A stretch of DNA of 54,945 nucleotides from Octopus bimaculoides (Eukaryota). How positions within the stretch are numbered: the first letter of the stretch is position 1; each line of letters starts with the position of its first letter. Location of the stretch: positions 30,551,885-30,606,829 of the forward strand of contig NC_069003.1 of the NCBI RefSeq assembly GCF_001194135.2, written 5' to 3'. The notes beneath the pieces were generated by a model. The model worked only from the letters and a program-made list of their open reading frames with translations. It was not told the origin of the DNA and did no database searches. Below, in pieces: positions 1 to 13,699 of this stretch. A program made the position numbers and the translations under genes.

Positions 1-2703
1 ACTAATCATTGTTTAGTTCATGACTTACAGTAGTAGCGGCAGAGAAAGAAATAAGTTGCCCTCACGGTCACAAAATTATGGTCTCGATTCCCAGACCGGC
101 GGCGCATTGTGGTGCTCTTGAGCAAAACACTTTTGTTTCATGTTGCTCCAGTTTCACTCAGCCCTAAACTATTTTATTCTTTTACTTGTTTCAGTCATTT
201 GACTGTGACCATGCTGGAGCACCGCCTCAAAGAAATCAACCCCAGGACTTATTCTTTGTAAGCCTGGTATTTATTCTATCAGACTCTTTTGCTGAACTGC
301 TAAGTTATGGGGACATAAAACACACCAGCATCAGTTGTCAAGTGATATTTGCAGGACACGAAACAGATATATATACAATGGGCTACCAAATCCACTCACA
401 AGGCTTTGCTCGACCTGAGGCTTTAGTAAGAAGACACTTGCCCAAAGTGCCACACAGTGGGACTGAACCCAGAACCATGTGGTTAGGAAGTAAGCTTCTT
501 ATTACACCAACCACTTTATGGAGTACACTGGATGCTTTTACATGGCACACTGCACAGACACTTTTATGTGGCACTGCACAGGTGCTTTTATGTGACACCG
601 CACATAATATGGTTTATACTATTACCATGTAGCAAATCTTTTTTGCTGGAACTTGACATAAACTTCCATGCAACTGTACCCTTAATGTAATCCGTGGGTA
701 GAATCAGAGTGACATTATGTGCAATAAGAGTTGGACGTTGTAATCACATTCTCTTAATTTTACTTGCAAGACTTGTGTCAACTCAAGGTAATGGTTGAAG
801 GTACTGTATTTGGTGGTATAAAAGTCATACCCTAAATTTCAGAAACGCATGTTCAAGGAAAAAAAATGTTTTACATGCATTAAAGCATATGGAAAACACA
901 ACTTCACATATAGGTAATTTTGGGGGTCTTTTTTTTTTCTTCAGGGAAAAAAGTGCATCTTTATATACCTTCAAAAATGGTGTGTCTGTTTGTGAAGCTG
1001 CACAGAGATAAGAACAAGTCCCTTTGTGATTTATCGTAAAGCAAACTTGTGAACCATTTGACCATGTTTGAGCTATAGGTCAGTTTAAAGGTTGGATGAT
1101 CACCTCTAAGAATTGCAGTCCTTTCCTATCATGACCATCATCACCCACTGTTGCTACTACTATAGTCATGTTCTTTTTAGTTTGTTTGTTCATTGTTTTT
1201 TTTTCTTTTCTGTATTTTTAGTTTCTTTTTTAATGACTGCAAATTGCTTTAGTATTCAGTTTCCAATATCATAATCAACAGCATGGTTTGACCTCACCAC
1301 CTCCCAGCATGGTTATATTATATATATATATACATTGGAAATGTAATAAACAAAAATAAAATGGCCTCTTATTTATATCCACACATACATACATACATAT
1401 AATATATATATACACACACATGCATACCTACACATATGAGCGAAGGGTTCTTTTACAGGGTTAGTCACAATCGGTAGATAGTACTCAATACATAGAATGT
1501 AGAGTTTAGAACATGAACTTTAATGGAATAGGCTTTTACAAAATGTTTGAACCTCTTAATTCTTTTAGCATTCACTTTACTCTTTCAAATATAATCCTTA
1601 TTTAGTCACGTTGTTTTGAATTAATCATGTATTATCTCATAACTTTGAGATTTCAGTGATGTGACTGTATTTTTAGACTGACATTGTAGGTTAGGTGCAA
1701 TAGGCTGGGCCTTGCCAGTATGAACATACAACAGGTAAAATATTCAAGCTTGATGTGACTGGTTTAAATATGCTAAAGGATTCTAAAATGTCTCGTTAAA
1801 TTCAACTCCTAACATCCTTTTAAAAATGCTTGAAGCCAGTTGCTCAGTCTTGTAATTATTAAGTAGAAAATACTTAGAAATGGGTTTGTTTATTGAAATG
1901 CTTATAGTGTATTTACTTGTGGTTAGGTTATTGTGAAAATTGGTCTTTTTGTCAGAAAAGCATTTATTTCTGTTTGTATTATAAATAGTCATTTGTGCTA
2001 AAAATAATATTATGCACATGCGATTGCTAATTTTTTATTTAATAATAACCGAAAAAAAAAACCCCAGATATATTCAAAGATGAACGAAAGAAATGTTAGT
2101 AATAAATTAAATGCAATTAATAACAGACAACGAACATCCAAATATAAGAAGCAAATTAAATTAATGTTTTTTCCCTGATCTTTTTGGCTCTTTTTCATTA
2201 TGAAATTTATAGGTAAGCAGAGTTACTCTCTTCAGACACAACATACCCAGCTATATTATACATGAAAGTTTTTAATTTAAAAAATAATTAAAAAAAAAAG
2301 ACCTCTTCAAATAAATTACAAACTCGGTAACGCATTTGTTGATTTTGATAACGAATGTTGAAAAATATAAATAAACGATAAAAGAAAAAGGATTAAAGCT
2401 TTCTTCCTGAGATTAAGAAAGTTAATAACTTCCTTTGAAACAAATATAAACAAGAGTATTTTTACTTCGGGTGGTTTTAGGATTGAGAGATGCATGCAGT
2501 ATTGGGTGGATTCATGTTATACAGGATGTTAAGAGTTACATGGAACAAACAAGCCTTTTCTAAGAACCTTATATATATATAAATTGTTTGAAGTGGTGTA
2601 CAGATTTTATGTATATATCCCCTCAAAGGGTTGAAAACGCTAAATAAATAGTTTTTATCTAAATCCTGACCACCCCTTTCCTTTTTTTTTTCTTGATATG
2701 TGC

Positions 2704-2740
<37 letters not shown>

Positions 2741-3830
2741 TATATGTATGTATGGTAAAGGAAAAACTGAAGATGGAATATACGAGAATTTTTATTAACC
2801 ACAACAATTGTTTCAACACATAGTATCGAACCCTCACGGGTGGGACACATAACAGCTGGTTCAGGAGCACAAATATATATATAAACATACACAAATGGAT
2901 AGATAAATAGATAAATAAAATATACTTATAATGAGAGAGAGATTCTTTTATACATAGTGTTTCTGCCTTGTAAGAGTGTCCATCCATTCTTCACATGCCA
3001 AAGTGTGACCCTAGAACGGCTTGCCAGGTTAGTTTCCTCTGACCTGTGTGATGGAGTGCATTGCAGTTGCTCCTTGTAAATGTAAGGTGAGCCAGTAGAT
3101 ACTGGTTGTACTTTTATAACCAGTAAAACAGTTGAAGTCATGAAGTTTATAACTCTAACATTTGCAGTCAAATTTATATATGATATTGATCATGAGTAGA
3201 TAGATAGATAGATAGATCATAGTTAGAACTACAATTTCTAGTCAAAAACTAAGACATCTGACTACTTTTCACTTGAAAATGTTAAAACATTTTCCAATTT
3301 CTAAACACATTCAACTCAATAATATTCACAAAAAAATTATTAGATTTTTTTTTTTTTAATTAATTTTAAAAAATTATCTTGTTAATAAGGGCCAAAAACT
3401 AACTCCACCCGAATTACCTTTCCACCCTCTTTCACTCAACATTTTGTTGACTGGTGTGATTAATTAAATAGTTAATTAATTAACACTTTTTTTTGTTTGT
3501 GTTTTTTTTTTAATTCATAAGTTCATTTACATTTTTTTTCTTCTTAATTATAATAATCTCACTTTTGATTCACTTCTGTTAAGTGACAAATTCTAATAGT
3601 TTTTTTCTTTGTTTGTTTGTTTGTTTCTATTTAATTAAAAAATAACTTATGTATATATGTGCGTGTGTATGCATGTGTAGATACATTTGTATGTATATAC
3701 ACAATGTCTATATATGTACATGTATCTGTTTCTATATTTATATATAGACATATATATGCACATATATATATATATGTGTATATCTGTATATATATATATA
3801 TATATATAGATATATATAGATATATATATA

Positions 3831-3871
<41 letters not shown>

Positions 3872-4593
3872 NNNNNNNNNNNNNNNNNNNNNNNNNNNNN
3901 NNNNNNNNNNNNNNNNNNNNNNNNNNNNNNNNNNNNNNNNNNNNNNNNNNNNNNNNNNNNNNNNNNNNNNNNNNNNNNNNNNNNNNNNNNNNNNNNNNNN
4001 NNNNNNNNNNNNNNNNNNNNNNNNNNNNNNNNNNNNNNNNNNNNNNNNNNNNNNNNNNNNNNNNNNNNNNNNNNNNNNNNNNNNNNNNNNNNNNNNNNNN
4101 NNNNNNNNNNNNNNNNNNNNNNNNNNNNNNNNNNNNNNNNNNNNNNNNNNNNNNNNNNNNNNNNNNNNNNNNNNNNNNNNNNNNNNNNNNNNNNNNNNNN
4201 NNNNNNNNNNNNNNNNNNNNNNNNNNNNNNNNNNNNNNNNNNNNNNNNNNNNNNNNNNNNNNNNNNNNNNNNNNNNNNNNNNNNNNNNNNNNNNNNNNNN
4301 NNNNNNNNNNNNNNNNNNNNNNNNNNNNNNNNNNNNNNNNNNNNNNNNNNNNNNNNNNNNNNNNNNNNNNNNNNNNNNNNNNNNNNNNNNNNNNNNNNNN
4401 NNNNNNNNNNNNNNNNNNNNNNNNNNNNNNNNNNNNNNNNNNNNNNNNNNNNNNNNNNNNNNNNNNNNNNNNNNNNNNNNNNNNNNNNNNNNNNNNNNNN
4501 NNNNNNNNNNNNNNNNNNNNNNNNNNNNNNNNNNNNNNNNNNNNNNNNNNNNNNNNNNNNNNNNNNNNNNNNNNNNNNNNNNNNNNNNNNNNN
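3872..4593. other. Assembly gap (largest). Others: 14045-14483, 17430-17593, 20990-21407, 24542-24551, 27134-27180, 31957-32025, 32603-32612, 42644-42653, 43795-43908, 48235-48464, 52088-52187, 53943-53959
   Basis: Runs of N, mostly flanked by microsatellites. Confidence 0.99.
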
Positions 4594-4624
<31 letters not shown>

Positions 4625-7006
4625 GTTGTAATTTTATTTTATTTGTAAAGAATATTCCCTTTCTCCATTCATTGTCAGGGGGTATGTGGGACCAATATGG
4701 GCCTCTTGTTAATCACTTTACTTGTTTGATTATCACTTCAGATTTCCCTGAGAAAAACCTCAAATTAGCATATCTGGTTGGACATGGGATGTCAGATCAA
4801 TCAATAATATAGCAATATTATGTAATCGACTTACCCCCCCACTCTAAATCTGCTGGCCTTGTGCCAAACTTAGAAAGTTTTTATTATTATTATTAGTAGT
4901 AGTAGTAGTATTAAGGCTGCAAGCTGGCAGAATCAGCACGCCAGGCGAAATGCTTACCGATATTTCGTCTGCTGCTACGTTTTGAGTTCAAATTCTGCCA
5001 AGGTTGACTTTGCTTTGCTTCCTTTCAGGGTTGATAAATTAAGTACCAGTTGTCTACTGGCCTCCTTTCCCCAAATTTCAGGCCTTGTGCCGATAGTAGA
5101 AAGGATTATTATTATTATTATTATTATTCCCCTTACTCTTTATTAAGAATCAATATTCTAATACTTCCTCTCATGTCATGTAGGAGTACATTTACATTCG
5201 TTGTTTGTCGTTTTATTTTTATCTACTTATTTTTCTTGAATGAAACTTTTTTTGTTTTTCTTTCGTTATCATTAATTAGCTATAGATTATGTCTTTCGGT
5301 GGGAAGGAGTTTCAACGTTAACGAATGTTTAGAAAATAAGAAGTGACAAAAAAAACAAAAAAAAAACCTCAATTTGTATATTTTAATTTTTCCACCGCAA
5401 TCACTTTTCCCCATTTTGAAAAGACAACGTGTGTGTATGTATGTGTATATATGTATATATATATATATACACATACATATATATAAAATCAAAGACTGAA
5501 ATTTATGGTATTATTTTGTTACACTTGTTTCAATACAACATGGGAAATATATTTTACAAGCATTAATATCAATATAACACCCGGGTTTTAATCCTTTTTA
5601 TTTTCGTGTGTGTGTGTGTGTGTATGTATATATGTATAATATATATATCTATATATATATATATGTATGTATGTATGTGTAATATATAGTTAATATCTTT
5701 GGAACATCGCTTGTTTGTTTTGAGTTTTTTATGTATTTTTTTACATAATTGTTTATTTGTTTTTTCATTGTTGATTTTTGCTACTACTATTGCTACCACC
5801 ACCACCACTACTACCACCACAATTACTCTGGATTGTGTCAGTTACGTTTATTAGCTACACCGCCCCCCCCCCCCTCATCACACCTTATTCCACTGCCGCC
5901 ACCACCACCCACACCCCATCGTACCCCTTCACCGCCCTGCCTTACGCCATGGTTTGCTCTTTTTTTTTGTTTGTTTTGTTTTGTTTGTTCATTGGTTTGC
6001 TGCAAATGAGAAAAATCTTAGTGTGCAGTTTTTGTTTCCGTTTATTTTTTTTTAATAATCTTTCTAACCTGGTCTGTGCTTGCAGTGAAATAACAAGAAA
6101 AACAAAAAAAAAAAATAGAAAATAATAATGAAAATAATGTAGATTTACTAACACAACACAACTTCCTCCTATCCCACCCTACCACCACACCCACCACCCC
6201 TTCCTCTCCTCTTCCTCTTGCCTGCTTGCCTACCCCCTTCACTTCCATCCCCTCTCCACCTCTCACCCCCTTTCATTCATTCATTCATTCATTCATTATG
6301 TATGCATCAAGTGAAATTTAGTTGAATGTGGCTGTGTGTTAAGAAGTTTGCTTCCCAACCACATGGTTTGAAGTTCAGTCCCTCTGTATGCTGGCACATT
6401 GGACAATTGTCTTCTACTATAACCATAGTCCTGGGCCAACCACAGCTTGTGGCTGGGATTTGGTTGACGAAAACTGAAAGAAGCCCATTTTATAGATACA
6501 TATGTGTGTTCATCCCCCTGCAACTGCTTGACAACCGTTGTTGGTTTGTTTACGTCTCCATAAGTTTGTAGTGTGCATCAAATGAAATTTCATTGAATGT
6601 GGCTGTGTGGTAAGAAGTTTGCTCTGCAACCATTTCGTTTCAAGTTCAGTCCCTCTGTATGCTGGCACTTTGGTCAATTGTCTTCTACTCTGCAGCCCTG
6701 GGCCAACCAAAGCTTGCAGTTGGGTTTTGGTCGACAAAAACTGAAAGAAGCCCATCTCATAGATGTATGTGTGTTTGTCGGCCCCACTGCCACTGCTTGA
6801 CAACCATTGTTGGTTTGTTTACATCCCCATAAGTTTGCGGTTAGTGGCTTGGCAAAAGAGAGTGGTAGAATAAGTATGAGACTTCAAAAAAATAACCACT
6901 GAGGTAGATCTGTCTGGCTAAACCCTTCAGGGTGGTACCCCAATATGGCCGCAATTCAATGACTGGAACAAGTGAAAGATAAAAGAGCCTTGGCCTTGTC
7001 CTGTCG

Positions 7007-7064
<58 letters not shown>

Positions 7065-7893
7065 GACAGTTTTCTTTCAGTTTCCATCTACCAAATCCAC
7101 TCGCAAGTCTTTGGTCAGCCCAAGGCTATAGTAGAAGACACTTGCCCAAGGTGCCACGCAGTGGAACTGAGCCTGGAACCATGTGGTTTGGAAGCAAGCT
7201 TCTTACCACACATCCATGCTGCGCCTGTAAATGTAAATCCATAAATACAGGCAAATTTCAACTTGTGAATGTAGTTGGTTTCAGCCATTCTTTAACTATA
7301 CCGTCGTGTCTGGGCTTCCATACTGTTTCCCTGAGTCAGATTTCACTGGCAAGACATCAGTCAGCCCAGGGCTATAAGTAGAAAACACTTGTTCAATGTG
7401 CCAGTTTTTGGATTAACTCAAAACTATGATTGCCAATTAATGGCCAATGGCTTAGTAGTGGAAGACATTTCGCTCCAAAGTGCCATAGTTTTGGGTTAAA
7501 CCAGAGCTGTGATTGCTAAGTAAACTTCTCGACCACACAGCCATCATGTATGTGTGTGTATACAGGGAGGGTATGGAGATTACATGCCAACCATTTTATC
7601 CAATTTTTTGTATTCTTTTGTTTATATTTATTCAAATGTATCTTAAATTGTTTCTTCTTTTTTTTGCTTTTACAGTTGTCTGCTTTTTTTTCTTTTTTCT
7701 TTTTCTTTTTAGCAGTCTTTTGACCTCTTATTATAATGAGCCACCATTTTCCTTTGTTATTTGTTATTTGTTATTTATGTATTTCTTTTTCATTTTGTTT
7801 TTTTTTGCATTTCATTTCATTCTAACGGAGAAGGTGTAGCTATTATTAAGTGTAACATACATATCTGCATCCATCTACATATATTCGTTATTC

Positions 7894-8020
7894 TTCAACG
7901 AGAATAGTTTTGACAGTGACTTCGGGTGTTTCGGCTAGCTCAATCATCGTCGGACTGACATTCCAATGATGCCTTAGCTAGCCAAAACTTCAAAGTCACT
8001 ATCAATACTCTTCTTGTTAA
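7894..8020. repeat. Imperfect inverted repeat (~46-bp arms), probably a decayed MITE
   Basis: ttcaacgagaatagttttgacagtgacttcgggtgtttcggctagct versus the reverse complement of agctagccaaaacttcaaagtcactatcaatactcttcttgttaa. Confidence 0.8.
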
Positions 8021-9002
8021 AAAATAATAAATCTATACTCTATCACATGTATTGAGTAAACGTCCAATTTAATGTAAAAAACATTAGGTTTATAAGCCCT
8101 AAAATTCACTTTATAATTGCCTACGGGCATATAACATAATGGTTAAGTGCGTAGGCTACCAACACCAAGCTTCCTAATTCAATTCCAGGCAGTACCTCTC
8201 ATTGACCCTCAAGCATGTACAAGAAAATAAATAAATGATAATAATAAGTAGATGTGCGGTTTCCAGTCATTTGTTGACCCCTTGAGACCCACTTTTGAGA
8301 CCCCTGCACTTGAGTCAAGTTTGTCATTCAATTTGCTGCGAGTGATAAAAATAAATACCAGTCATGCACTGGGGTTAATTCAGTATTAGTGTGGCCAGTC
8401 TGACGATGGGCCTCATCTCATACAGCCTGCTTCTCAGAAAGGTTTGTCTATGCCGGGTCTGCAGACTTTCCTAATTTCTGACCTTGTGCTTGTCTAAAGA
8501 AGTGCTGTTTGGTGTGTATGTGTGTAGAACCATTAATGGTATTTGGTCATTGTTGTGTTCTGTAAGTAGTTGTGTAACAGTAGAAGCGCCGGTGGTGGCG
8601 CTGGTCTGGTCATCGGAGAAGCTGTCAGATGTTGCCATTCCATCTACCACTCCTTCCTTCCTTCCATTTTGGTTTTTACAGCACTTGAAACAGTACTTTG
8701 GCAGTGGTGGTGGTGCTGGGAGTGGGGGGATGATGTCTACCAGAGTTTGTTGATGGTTGTACTGTTAATTATGGTAGGGGTAGGAGGAGGGAACCGACAT
8801 TGTTGCAGCTATCCCTTTTTCTTTTTTTTTTTCTGTTCTGTCATTTTTTATTCTTAGTTGAACTAGATTTTAGCCAAATAATTGCACACGCACACACACA
8901 CACACTCACATATGCAAGCACACGCATACATACACATGCATACACACATGTTATGGTAAAGTCTTCTTCTCAATACAATAGAAAAACCTAAAAGCAGAAC
9001 AA

Positions 9003-9160
9003 TCATCATCATCATCATCATCATCGTTTAACGTCCGCTTTCCATGCTAGCATGGGTTGGACGATTTGACTGAGGACTGGTGAAACCGGATGGCAACACC
9101 AGGCTCCAATCTAATTTGGCAGAGTTTCTACAGCTGGATGCCCTTCCTAACGCCAACCAC
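9003..9160 (-). mobile_element. RTE-type 3' end, 5'-truncated
   Basis: (cat)n-cgtttaacgtccgctttccatgctagc... is the reverse complement of 39085-39250. Confidence 0.85.
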
Positions 9161-9687
9161 TGCCATGTATTCAAGACATACAGCGCTGCATTCAATAGGA
9201 ATATAACTGAATAATAATCCTTTTTACTATAAGCATAAGGCCTGAAATATGAGGGGAGGGGACTAGTCGATTACATCAACTGGTGCTTGACTGGTACTTA
9301 TTTTATCACCCCTAAAAAGATGAAAGGCAATGTTGACCTTGGCGGAATTTGAACTCAGAACAAAAAGACAGACGAAATACCGCTAAGCATTTTGCGCGAT
9401 GTGCTAACGATTCTGCCAGCTCACCGTCTTACTACTGCTACTACTACTACTACTGATAATAATAATAATTTCTACTATAGCCACAAGGCCTGGAATTTTG
9501 GGGGAGGAGACTAGTCGATTACATCGAAACCCCCCACTGGTACTTTATTTATAGAACCTGAAAGGACGAAAGACAAAGTTGGCCACAGCAGAATTTGAAC
9601 TCAAAATGTGAAGACAGACGAAATGCCACTAAGCATTTTACCCAGCATGCTAATGATTCTGCCAACTCACTTTGACGACGGCGACAA

Positions 9688-9721
<34 letters not shown>

Positions 9722-9765
9722 GGTGGTGGTGGTGGTGGTGGTGGTGATGATGATGATGATGATGA
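9688..9765. repeat. Compound (GAT)n(GGT)n(GAT)n microsatellite
   Basis: Directly visible; source of the spurious poly-His ORF. Confidence 0.95.
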
Positions 9766-12700
9766 CCTGCTTGCCACTGGCTGAGTAGACTGGGTGGAGC
9801 AGCATGAAACAAAGTGTTTTCCTCAAGAACCCATTTCACCGCCGGCCTTGGGTATTGAAACCACAATGTTGCGATTATGACTGCAAACGCCCTTAACCAC
9901 TAGGCCCGTATGCTTGTATGTAATTCACTATGCTGAAAGGATGGTGGGGAAAGAAACACTCTCTTTTCCCTCTGTCTTTCTCCCTGTCTGTCTGTTTATC
10001 TCTCTCTCTCTTTTATATTAAATAGACTTCTATGATCCAATTTAATAGAACATAGAACTGAAGTAGTTATTTTCTTTTACTTACCCCCTGTAAGTGGCAC
10101 ACTTAATTACTTTAAGTAACTTTCCTTCAGAGGTTTAGGCCACCTCTGCCACCTCCACCACCATCAAATCTCCCTCTCTCTCTCCTCTCAGCCACTTTCC
10201 TCCCATCCTCCTCCTCCTCCTACTCCTCCTCCCAACACAGTGCAATCTATACAATAAGAACTTAATAGAGAGAAAGGAAAGGACTCTGACTTAACAATGT
10301 AGAAAGTGGGTTATCTTAAGGACCCTGTTATCAAACAGTGTATTAGCTGAGATGGGGAGGGGTACTGGCTCCCCCTCCTCAATCCCCCCACTCCCTCGTG
10401 GGGCAAGGAGGGGTCAAGGAACTGAACAAAAGCAACATCTCTATACAACTGTTGCCCATGAATTTGTCCGTTATATTTGGCTTGTTAGTACCTTAGTTGG
10501 GTTTTAGACCCTCCCCCATGTTAGCCCTTATAATCAGTTGTGTTTCAGCTTATACCTCCTCCCCGTCTTGTTTTTGGTGGGATGGTTCTTTCTTTGGGGG
10601 TGGGGGTGTAGTTCTAGGCCCACTACATCCTCCAATATGTTGGCTTTTTAATTTTTTTTTTTTTTCTTTTTCTTTGGTAATATGCTATTTAGCTGCTTTT
10701 TCCAGCAGGAGTGGCTGTGTGCTAAGAAGCTGACCAAAGCCTTGTGATTGGATTTGGTAGACGGAAACTGAAAGCCCAATTGTATATACATATGTATATA
10801 TTTGTGTGTGTGTTTACGTCCCCATAACTTAGTGGTTCAGCAAAAGAGACCGATAGAATAAGTACTAGGCTTACAAAGAATAAGTCCTGTGATTGATTTG
10901 TTCAACTAAAGGCGGTGCTCCAGCATGGCCACAGTCAAATGACTGAAGCAAATAAAAGAATAAAAGAATAGAATATATAAATATATATATATATATATAT
11001 AATTATTATAAAATATGTTAATTAATCATATATTAATTAATATCGATTAATTATCAGGAAGCCAGCACATCTAAAGAATCAAAGAGATACAGAAATATAT
11101 ATATGAGAGAGAGAGAGAGATGTATCTATAGATATGTGTGTTTGCCTCCCCCACCAACCCACCCATCCAGCATGGATGGCCACCGTCCAATGACTGACAC
11201 AAGTAAAAGATGATGGAAACATCAGCCTAAAATTACATAAACAACACAAAAACATACAACCATGTAAATCCGTTCAATGATATATATATATTGTCTTTTG
11301 CTGTTCATATTCGTTACAAAGAATTAGATTCCACCAAAATTGCTGTCAGACTCTCATCGTGTCGAAGGAGTTCCTCTTTCATTAATTTTGGGGTTTCTTA
11401 AATGATTCCCCTATTCGTAAAGGATGCAGGATGTAGCTTGTGTTTGCTTTATTTTCGGTATCATGCCAGCCAACAGCAGGATAGGGCGGACATCATTCTT
11501 TCTCTGCTTTTGTGGGTGTGCCTGTATTCTGTCTATGCACAACTGTGTGCACACACATGCCTCTCTCGCTTCTCTCTCTCTCTCTCTCTCTCTAGCTCTC
11601 ATTCTTGCTAAATATGTACGTGTGTGTATGTGTATATATGTGTTTGAATATATATATATATATAGATATATATATATATAGATATATATATATATATATG
11701 CATATACATATATGTATATATAAAGATGTATTTGCATATATTATATCTATATGTATATATTTATATATATGTGTATATATTTTTAGGTGTGCATATATAT
11801 ATTTTTATGTATGTGTGTGTATATATTTATGTATGTGTATACATATATAAATATGTGTATACATATATAAATATGTGTACATATGTATGATTATATATTT
11901 ACTTATATATACATATGCATATATATATATATATATGTGTGTTTGTGTTTGTCCCCCTAGCATTGCCTGAAAAATGATGCTGGTGTGCTTACGTCCCCGT
12001 CACTTAGTGGTTCGGCAAAAAGAGACCAATAGAATAAGTACTAGGCTTACAAAGAATAAGTCCCGGGGGCGATTTGCTCGACTAAAGGCGGTGCTCCAGC
12101 ATGGCCGCTGAGAGTAAAAGAATACATATAAACATACACTCGTATTTATTCTATGTATGCATACGTATGTGTATGTGTGTGTTCAATTATCTGTATGTAT
12201 GCGTACATGTGTGTGTTCCTAATTACAAACAAGCTATATATTTTCTAGATGTTTATGAGATTTGTCAACTCAGTTTGATAGATTGCCTCTTGTGTTTTTT
12301 TAGCTCCACCATTCACCCCACGGCCACCACCACTGCCAGTCATTTAGTTTCATCTCCTTCAGTTAATTGTTAGGATAAATGCAAGCCATATAAAACTCTA
12401 TGCCAATGTACATGTGCCTGTATGTATGAGTGTATGTGTGTGTGTGTATATATATATATATATGTGTATATATATTCTATCATTATTAATAAATTATAGG
12501 GCAGCAAAAAAAATTTTTGAAGTTTTATTTACCACCAGTGGTCTAGCGAGAATAAAAATCAGTCAATAGACTATATTTTATTCATTTAAAATACAGAGAT
12601 GCCTATAATAGGACATCTGACCCGCTAGAGAGAGCAGCAAAAAACTCTATACCACAAAAATAGGAATAATTTCGAAAGGGAATGAAAAATAAAAACATTT

Positions 12701-12795
12701 ACCAATCTATATTCCGTACCATGGTTTCAAGTTATTTTAACAAGATAAAAATATACCTTACAAGGAAAAACTATCTTCAGCGGAATAACCAGATC

Positions 12796-12836
<41 letters not shown>

Positions 12837-12869
12837 CATACATATACTCATATGTTCTTTCTTATATTC

Positions 12870-13252
12870 TTTTACTTATTTCAGTCATTTGACTGCAGCC
12901 ATGCTGGGGCACCGCCTTTAGTCGAACAAATTGACCCTGTGACTTATTCTTTGCAAGCCTAGTACTTATTCTAGTGGTCTCTTTTGCCAGACCTCTAAGC
13001 TACAGGGACATAAACGCACCAGTGTCGGTTGTCAAGCGATGGTGATGGGGACAAACACAGGCACACAAACATACATATATATACACATATACGACGGGCT
13101 TCTTTCAGTTTCCGTCTACCAAATCCACTCACATGGTTTTGGTCGGCCCGAGGCTATAGTAGAAGACGCTTGCCCAAGGTGCCACGCAGTGGGACTGAAC
13201 CCAGGACCATGTGGTTGGTAAGCAAGCTACTTGCCACACAGCCACTACTGCG
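12870..13252 (-). mobile_element. tRNA-derived SINE family B (~380 bp, internal (TA)/(TG) tract, ...tgactgaaacaagtaaaaga tail), full-length copy
   Basis: Head ggctgtgtggcaagtagcttgcttaccaaccacatgg...gggttcagtcccactgcgtggcaccttgggcaag. Other copies or fragments: - ~175-515, 7065-7215, 15496-15716, 24915-25060, 28705-28860, 29870-29975, 47815-47990, 52850-53190, 54225-54650; + ~6328-6565, 6599-6985, 10705-10970, 11935-12110, 15811-15996, 23060-23310, 36820-36985, 48027-48215. Confidence 0.88.
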
Positions 13253-13667
13253 ATAAAAATCCATCCAAGGGGTTTTCCATTTACATTATTTCCATTTATC
13301 CAGTTCTGCTAACGAGACTTGGGTTAGTCGTGGGTCCACTCGGGCCTTGTTAGTACCTTCAAGAAGGTGATAATGGTGGCAGCTGTTGTTAGTGTTTCTA
13401 ACATTGTCCATCAACAACACCATCTGCATCAGCATCATGGAGTGGAGGAGTTTTAAGTTTCCAGTGGATGGTTTTCAGTGAACTGCGACTACTGGAACAC
13501 CTGTTCTCTCTTCCTCATCATCTTCCCCTCCCTCTCTCTGTTTCTCTATCTCTTTCTTCCTCATCGTCTCCCCTACTCTCTCTCTCTCTCTCTCTCTTTC
13601 ATAATCATGTTACTCTGCAAGATTAGATGAAATGTTTTCACATACAGAATTTATCTTTCCAAATACT

Positions 13668-13699
<32 letters not shown>

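Noticed and set aside
2958-3027. Exon-like segment ending CAG|gttagt (FLPCKSVHPFFTCQSVTLERLA)
   Set aside because: The peptide is unlike Eya, the phase is incompatible with the identified exons, and the acceptor is weak.
3659-4648. Long ORFs spanning N-gaps or (TA)/(CA) tracts (also 14020-14666, 17357-17759, 20792-21534, 43688-44362, 48056-48508)
   Set aside because: Their length comes from X runs and YIYI/HTHT/VCVC microsatellite translation.
9549-9866. Poly-His ORF
   Set aside because: Translation of a (CAT)/(CAC) microsatellite fused to SINE sequence.
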